From Candidatus Methylomirabilia bacterium (GTDB lineage: Bacteria > Methylomirabilota > Methylomirabilia > Rokubacteriales > CSP1-6): a DNA stretch of 11,544 nt. Shown here piece by piece: positions 6,929 to 11,544 of the stretch. The number at the start of each line of letters is the position of its first letter. The stretch's first letter is position 1. The stretch is taken from the NCBI GenBank assembly GCA_041492755.1, contig JBGPXN010000148.1, positions 1-11,544 on the forward strand, given 5' to 3'. The notes beneath the pieces are model-generated. The model saw only the letters and a list, made by a program, of their open reading frames with translations, was not told where the DNA came from and made no database searches. The position numbers were made by a program, and so were the translations under genes.

Positions 6929-7697
6929 AAATCGCGGTGTACCCGCCGTCGACGAGCAGATCGCTGCCCGTCATGAAGGAGGAGGCATCGCTGGCCAGGA
7001 ACACGGCGGCGCGGGCGATCTCTTCCGGCAGTCCGAGCCGCCCGAGCAGGTGCTTGGGCCCCATGCCCTCGCGCGCCTCCTCCATGCTCTTCCAGCGACG
7101 TAACATCCGTCGCGTCTCGATCGCGCCGGGCGAGATCGTGTTGGCGCGGATCCCCTGCGCGGCGTGGTCGGTGGCGAGCACCTTCGCGAGCTGGATCAGC
7201 GCGCCCTTGGTCGCGCAGTACGCCGCACGGCCGGGGGAGGCCACCCGGCCGAGCTGAGAGGCGATCAAGATCACGCTGCCACCACCCCGCGCGATCATCG
7301 CCGGGATCGCGGCCTTCACCATCAGGAACGCGCCGGTGAGATTGATCTGGATGACGCGATCCCACGAGGCCTCGTCCATCTCGAGCACGGTCGCGGCCGC
7401 GTCGCTGTCGGCGGCGCCGTAGAGGAGGACGTCGAGTCCGCCGAAACGCTCGACCGTCGCGGCCACGGCGGCCCGGCAGCTCGTGCTGTCGGTGACGTCG
7501 AGGTGGACGGGCAGGGCGTGCCCGCCGCCCTTCTCGATCGCCGCGGCCACGCTCTTGGCGCCCGGCTCCTCGATGTCCGCACAGGCGACGCTGGCGCCGG
7601 TGGTGGCGAAGGCGAGCGCCGTCGCGCGCCCGATTCCGTTCGCCGCGCCCACGACCATCGCGGTTTTCTTCTCGAGGCTGAACGCCGGGTCGATCAT
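6927..7697 (-). CDS. Classical short-chain dehydrogenase/reductase (SDR), probably NAD-dependent, with atypical motifs
   Basis: VVGAANGIG glycine motif; acidic ADIEE at the end of beta2; catalytic N (QINLTG), S (IASQLG) and YCATK; C-terminal TGSDLLVDGG. SD GAGGTG at 7708-7703. Confidence 0.94.
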   Translation of the reverse strand: MIDPAFSLEKKTAMVVGAANGIGRATALAFATTGASVACADIEEPGAKSVAAAIEKGGGHALPVHLDVTDSTSCRAAVAATVERFGGLDVLLYGAADSDAAATVLEMDEASWDRVIQINLTGAFLMVKAAIPAMIARGGGSVILIASQLGRVASPGRAAYCATKGALIQLAKVLATDHAAQGIRANTISPGAIETRRMLRRWKSMEEAREGMGPKHLLGRLGLPEEIARAAVFLASDASSFMTGSDLLVDGGYTAI

Positions 7698-7706
7698 CTG
7701 GGCACC

Positions 7707-7859
7707 TCAGCGGTCGAGGCCGAACGCCTCGGCGAACCGGTGGTAGGCCTCGAGCGGGTCGCCGTACTTGCGGTGATCGCGGGCGAGGATCCGCTCTTCC
7801 GGGTGGGCGTGGTCGATCGAGGGCTTCGGCTCGCTCGCGACGGCGGCTGTGATCGCCAT
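7707..7859 (-). CDS. Small hypothetical protein (50 aa): MAITAAVASEPKPSIDHAHPEERILARDHRKYGDPLEAYHRFAEAFGLDR
   Basis: ATG at 7859-7857 with SD GAGGTG (7873-7868) 8 nt upstream. 46 of 49 post-start codons end in G/C. Its TGA overlaps the SD of the downstream SDR. TATACT lies at 7899-7894. Confidence 0.75.
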   Translation of the reverse strand: MAITAAVASEPKPSIDHAHPEERILARDHRKYGDPLEAYHRFAEAFGLDR

Positions 7860-7870
7860 GGCATCGTCAC

Positions 7871-8011
7871 CTCGTACGAGACATCGTGGGCGGAGTATAG
7901 GCCAAATCGGCGGCCGCAGATCCCTGTCCCGTCCCGGCCGCCCGGGTCGTTTGCGTCCGGATTCCAGTTTCCGCTCGGGGGGGATTATAGTGAGCGCGAA
8001 TCCGAATTCGG
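7871..8011. promoter_or_regulatory. Divergent promoter region between the small ORF-SDR unit and the Rieske oxygenase
   Basis: Minus -10 TATACT (7899-7894) and plus -10 TATAGT (7986-7991); both -35 regions are poor. Perfect 10-bp palindromes CTCGTACGAG (7871-7880) and CCGAATTCGG (8002-8011) lie downstream of each -10. Confidence 0.5.
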
Positions 8012-8030
8012 CCGACGGCGGGAGGCGAGC

Positions 8031-9419
8031 ATGGCGATCGAGCGAGTCGCGATGGAGGACGCAGGCGGGCATCCCACGAGGCCGATCGATTTCGCCGGCC
8101 TGGTCGACGTCGAGCGGGGAGCCGTCAGCCGCGAGATCTTCGTGAGCGAGGAGATCTACCGGCAGGAGCTGGAGCAGATCTTCGCGCGCGCCTGGCTCTT
8201 CATCGGCCACGAGAGCCAGATTCCCCGGGCCGGCGACTTCGTCGCGTCGTTCATGGGCGAGGAGTCCGTGATCCTGTCCCGCGACCGCGGCGGTCGCGTT
8301 CACGTCTTCCTCAACTCCTGCCGGCACCGCGGCATGAAGGTGTGCCGGTACGACGATGGCAACACGGTCGAGTTCCTGTGCCCCTACCACGGCTGGAGCT
8401 ACGCCACGGACGGCACGCTCGTCGGCGTGCCGTTCGCGAAGGACGCGTACGGCGAGCAGCTCGACAAGAGCCGGTGGGGCCTGATCGAGGTCGCCCAGAT
8501 GGAAAGTTACAAGGGCACCATCTGGGCCACGTGGGACCGCTCGGCGCCGCCCTTCCTCGACTACCTGGGCGGCTACAAGCTCTACCTCGACCTGCTGCTC
8601 GATGCCTGGGATGGGCGAGAAGGCGGCACCGAGGTCATCGGCGGGATCCACAAGTGGTTGATCCCGTGCAACTGGAAGTTCCCGGCCGAGAACTTCTCCG
8701 GCGACCGCTATCACGGCGTGAGCCATCGCTCGGTCGACATGGTCGGCATCGGTCCCAGCGGCAAGGGGCGCCGGGACATGCAGGAGCGCAACGAGGCGCG
8801 CTGGCTCGACGTCACCTTCCCCGAGCTGGGCCACTCGATGATCGCGTTCCTGAGGAACCACGATTCGCCGCTGGCGCCGGCCTACCAGGACGCGCCGATC
8901 GTCGCGGAGTATTTTCGGCGTTGCGAGGAGGAGCGCCAGCGCCGGCGCGGCGAGTACTGGCGGCTCTTCGGCGGCCCCGGCACCGTCTTCCCGAACACGT
9001 CGCCCCTCGCGCGCCAGCCGCGCACGCTGGCGGTGTGGCACCCGCGCGGACCGCACCAGACCGAGTGCTGGCGGATCTATCTCGTCGACGCCGACGCGCC
9101 CGCGGAGGTGAAGGACTTCCTGCGCCACTACTACATCCGATATTCGGGGCCGTCGGGGCTGACCGAGCAGGACGACATGGAGAACTGGAACTACGCGCAC
9201 GCGGCCAGCCGCGGCACCATCGCGCGCCAGTACCCGTACAACTACGAGATGGGCCTTGGCCTCGGCACCGACGCATTCGAGGACCACGGGCTCAAGCTGC
9301 CGGGACTGATCCTCGACGTCACGCAGGCGAACGCGAGCGAGAACAACCAGCGCGGCTTCTACGGGCGCTGGCGGCACTTCATGGGCGCGGCGTCGTGGAG
9401 CGAGCTGAAAGCCCGGTGA
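8031..9419 (+). CDS. Aromatic ring-hydroxylating (Rieske non-heme iron) oxygenase alpha subunit, HcaE/BphA1-like
   Basis: True start is ATG 8031 after SD GGGAGG (8020-8025); the track ORF from 7164 is over-extended. Rieske C-x-H-x17-C-x2-H (CRHRGMKVC...CPYHGWSY). Mononuclear-Fe region CNWKFPAENFSGDRYHGVSH and EQDDMENW. C-terminal SENNQRGFY. Confidence 0.96.
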   Translation: MAIERVAMEDAGGHPTRPIDFAGLVDVERGAVSREIFVSEEIYRQELEQIFARAWLFIGHESQIPRAGDFVASFMGEESVILSRDRGGRVHVFLNSCRHRGMKVCRYDDGNTVEFLCPYHGWSYATDGTLVGVPFAKDAYGEQLDKSRWGLIEVAQMESYKGTIWATWDRSAPPFLDYLGGYKLYLDLLLDAWDGREGGTEVIGGIHKWLIPCNWKFPAENFSGDRYHGVSHRSVDMVGIGPSGKGRRDMQERNEARWLDVTFPELGHSMIAFLRNHDSPLAPAYQDAPIVAEYFRRCEEERQRRRGEYWRLFGGPGTVFPNTSPLARQPRTLAVWHPRGPHQTECWRIYLVDADAPAEVKDFLRHYYIRYSGPSGLTEQDDMENWNYAHAASRGTIARQYPYNYEMGLGLGTDAFEDHGLKLPGLILDVTQANASENNQRGFYGRWRHFMGAASWSELKAR

Positions 9420-9961
9420 GCGTCGTGCCGCCGGAGCTCGCGCGCCTCCTGCTCAAGGAGGAGGTCGAAGACTTCCTCTACCGGGAAGCCGAGCTCCTCG
9501 ACGAGCGCCGTTTCGAGGAATGGCTCGAGCTCTTCACCGAGGACGTCCGCTATTGGATGCCGATGCGCCGCAACGTCCCCGCCGACGAGCCCGAGCGCGA
9601 GTTCACCCGCGAGGGCAGGGACGTGAACTGGTTCGACGAGGGCAAGGACACGTTGACCCGGCGCGTGAAGCAGATCCGCACCGGCGTGCACTGGGCGGAG
9701 CAGCCGCCCTCACGGATCTGTCACATGGTCTCGAACGTCCAGATCCTGGCCATGACTCCGGACGGCGCGTCGCCGACCGAGGTCACGGTGAAGAGCCGCT
9801 TCCTCCTCTACCGGAACCGCATGGAGACGGAGACCGACCTGCTCGTCGGCAAGCGGGAGGACCTGCTGCGCCGGGTGGACGGCGGCTGGAAGATCGCCCA
9901 CCGCAAGATCGTCCTCGACCAGAGCGTCCTGCTCGCGAAGAACCTGACGTTCTTCTTCTGA
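9416..9961 (+). CDS. Aromatic ring-hydroxylating oxygenase beta subunit, HcaF/BphA2-like
   Basis: GTG 9416 overlaps the alpha stop (GTGA). FLYREAELLDERRFEEWL.LF.EDVRYWMP, WAEQPPSRICHMVSNV, GKREDLLR, RKIVLDQSVLLAKNLTFFF. Confidence 0.96.
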   Translation: MSVVPPELARLLLKEEVEDFLYREAELLDERRFEEWLELFTEDVRYWMPMRRNVPADEPEREFTREGRDVNWFDEGKDTLTRRVKQIRTGVHWAEQPPSRICHMVSNVQILAMTPDGASPTEVTVKSRFLLYRNRMETETDLLVGKREDLLRRVDGGWKIAHRKIVLDQSVLLAKNLTFFF

Positions 9962-9983
9962 GGCGTAACAAGTGTGACTGGCG

Positions 9984-10021
9984 TGGCTTCGAGTTCGGCC
10001 CGGAGCCGACGCTCGAAGTCA
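9984..10021. terminator. Long imperfect stem-loop 22 nt after the beta-subunit stop (3'-end structure; no U-tract)
   Basis: TGGCTTCGAG-t-TCGGC-ccgga-GCCGA-cg-CTCGAAGTCA: about 15 bp paired, including one G-U pair, with a small internal loop. Confidence 0.45.
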
Positions 10022-10274
10022 TCCCGATGCCCCGAGACAACTAGTTCGTTTAGAAAGCCAGTTCTGTATCCGAAACCGGACACTGGAACTACGCGGTCCC
10101 TGCTAAAGGCCAGCTTCATACAGCCCGCATCATAGAGTTGGCGTCCTTGCTTTGGCGACCCAGAACGGCTGCAGCGCGGAGTCCGAGTTTGGCGCGGTGT
10201 ATCGCTCACCTTGAGCGCTGGGCTGCAGAATGACTGGCCGCCATCTGCCAACTCGTAGACCCTACCTTCGCCGC
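10022..10274. other. Lower-GC intergenic segment, possible remnant of foreign DNA or a decayed gene
   Basis: Hand count gives 63/120 GC for 10021-10140 and 139/240 for 10021-10260, visibly below the flanking genes. No frame shows host-like GC3 bias. Confidence 0.5.
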
Positions 10275-11057
10275 TCAGTCCAGGATCACCCCACCGTCGA
10301 CGTTGAAGGACTGCCCGGTGATGTTGCGGGCGCCCGGCGACGCGAGGAACACCGCGAGCGCGGCGACGTCTTCGGGCGCGTTGGGCCGCCCGAGCGGGAT
10401 GACCGCATTCCGCCGGTGCTCCATCTGCTCGACGGTCACGCCCTCCTCCTGCGCGCGCGCCCGGAGATTGGCCTCGGAGAGCGCGGTCACGGTGATGCCC
10501 GGGCAGATGGCGTTGACGTTGATGTTGTGGCGGGCGAGCTGGAGCGCGGCCAGGCGGGTCATGCCCATCACGGCGGCCTTGCTCCCGGCGTAGATCGCGT
10601 TCGACGCGCCCGCGTAGCCCTTGCCGGCGATGGAGGCGATGTTGACGATCACCCCGCTGCGGCGGGGGATCATCTCGCGGGCCACGCGCTGCAGGCAGAA
10701 GAAGACGCCCTTGGCGTTGACCCGCATGATGCGGTCCCAGTCGGCCTCGGTGAGATCCATGATGTAGGCGCGGCGAGTGACGCCCGCGTTGTTCACCAGG
10801 ACGTCGACGTGGCCGAAGGCCGCGACGACGCTCCGCACCATCTGGTCGATGCTGGCGAGGTCGCCGACGTCGGTCGCGAGCACGAGGCTCCGTCGCCCGG
10901 TGGCAGTGACGTCGCCGGCCGTCTTCTCGCCGGCCGGCTTGTCGATGTCGACGACGACGACGTGCGCGCCGGCCTGGGCCAGCGCCAGCGCGGTCGCCTT
11001 GCCGATGCCGTGGCCGGCTCCCGTCACGATGGCGACGCGGTCGGCGAGTGGTGTCAT
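10275..11057 (-). CDS. Classical SDR family NAD-dependent oxidoreductase (polyol/acetoin dehydrogenase-like)
   Basis: VTGAGHGIG, VVDID, LVNNAG, RVNAKG, NIAS, YAGSK, VNAICPG, ITGQSFNVDGG. Confidence 0.95.
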   Translation of the reverse strand: MTPLADRVAIVTGAGHGIGKATALALAQAGAHVVVVDIDKPAGEKTAGDVTATGRRSLVLATDVGDLASIDQMVRSVVAAFGHVDVLVNNAGVTRRAYIMDLTEADWDRIMRVNAKGVFFCLQRVAREMIPRRSGVIVNIASIAGKGYAGASNAIYAGSKAAVMGMTRLAALQLARHNINVNAICPGITVTALSEANLRARAQEEGVTVEQMEHRRNAVIPLGRPNAPEDVAALAVFLASPGARNITGQSFNVDGGVILD

Positions 11058-11064
11058 CGGGCGG

Positions 11065-11544
11065 CTAGAGCTTGTACAGCCGCACGCAGTTGTCCCAGAG
11101 GGTCTTGCGCTTGGTTTCCGCCGAGAGCGCCTTCTGACCCAGGAACTCGTCGATCGCGTGCGGGAAGCGTGAGTCGTCGTGCGGCCAGTCGGTCGAGAGC
11201 ACGAGGTTGTCGTCGCCCAGCTCGGCGACCACGTGCTTGCTGAGCTCCTCTTCCGGCTCGACGGAGATGAAGCACTGGCGGCGGAACAGCTCCGAGGGTT
11301 TGTCGTGCTGCTGGAACAGCTCGCGGTCGCCCCAGACTTCCCAGCGCTCGTCGAGCGCCCACAGCCACCACGGCAGCCAGGCGCAGTTGCCCTCGAGGAA
11401 CGCCATGCGCAGGCGGGGGAACCGCGACAGCACGCCGCCCGTCACCACGGCGCCGACCGTCAGCATCATCTCGATGGGCTGCCCGACCGCCTGGCCCAGG
11501 ACGAGGTTGTCGAGATAGCGCTTGGCCAGGTGCTCGGCGTAGGC
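11065..11544 (-). CDS. Amidohydrolase family protein (Amidohydro_2), C-terminal 159 aa; start lies beyond window end
   Basis: The frame is open to the window edge (AYAEHLAKRYLDNLVLGQAVGQPIEMML...). Motifs GGVLSRFPRLRMAFLEGNCAWLP, KPSELFRRQCF, LVLSTDWPH and KRKTLWDNCVRLY. Confidence 0.92.
   Translation of the reverse strand, partial: AYAEHLAKRYLDNLVLGQAVGQPIEMMLTVGAVVTGGVLSRFPRLRMAFLEGNCAWLPWWLWALDERWEVWGDRELFQQHDKPSELFRRQCFISVEPEEELSKHVVAELGDDNLVLSTDWPHDDSRFPHAIDEFLGQKALSAETKRKTLWDNCVRLYKL

Noticed and set aside
7694..7864. Alternative 56-codon minus-strand ORF from ATG 7864 ending in an ATGA overlap with the SDR
   Set aside because: SD spacing is only 3 nt and the product is Pro/Arg/Ser-rich with poorer GC3 than the 7859 frame.
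7164..8030. Apparent 289-aa N-terminal extension or fusion on the oxygenase alpha subunit
   Set aside because: It overlaps the minus-strand SDR and the small ORF. A clear SD-ATG at 8031 gives a normal 462-aa alpha subunit.
279..9377. Very long antisense or alternate-frame ORFs (279-2324, 2203-3366, 3279-4994, 5007-6389, 7707-9377, and 10230-11243 further right)
   Set aside because: They are shadows of real genes: high-GC3 codon usage leaves few stops on the opposite strand. The products are Arg/Gly/Ala-rich with no motifs. Only the last 50 codons of 7707-9377 look genuine.
8342..9415. Apparent long N-terminal extension of the beta subunit (539-aa ORF)
   Set aside because: It is an alternate frame inside the alpha gene. 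Beta-like sequence begins only at GTG 9416.
9808..10251. 147-aa minus-strand ORF as an intact gene
   Set aside because: TTG start without a convincing SD, non-host codon usage, and a 154-bp overlap with the 3' end of the beta subunit. Kept only as a possible remnant.

Overview
High-GC bacterial window made almost entirely of transport, sensing and small-molecule catabolic genes. In order: a partial PotD/family-1-like ABC substrate-binding protein (SBP, minus strand, off the left edge); a membrane hybrid histidine kinase (HisKA-HATPase-REC); an LLM flavin-dependent oxidoreductase; a Leu/aromatic-binding-type SBP; a family-5 SBP coupled to a SnoaL/NTF2-like protein; a convergent atypical SDR preceded by a 50-aa small ORF that the ORF track does not call separately; a divergent Rieske ring-hydroxylating oxygenase alpha/beta pair; a ~310-bp lower-GC intergenic patch; a second SDR; and a partial Amidohydro_2 enzyme (off the right edge). 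The gene mix resembles Ca. Rokubacteria or Tectomicrobia-like genomes (inference only). I found no mobile element, CRISPR array, tRNA or rRNA, and no clear new multi-gene system. The best leads are: the hidden small gene at 7707-7859; a four-hairpin array with ACA linkers at 4718-4859; two apparently (near-)leaderless GTG-start genes with identical promoter geometry; and an oxygenase with a shortened iron-binding motif and no local electron-transfer partners. All family calls come from motif recognition by eye, not database searches.
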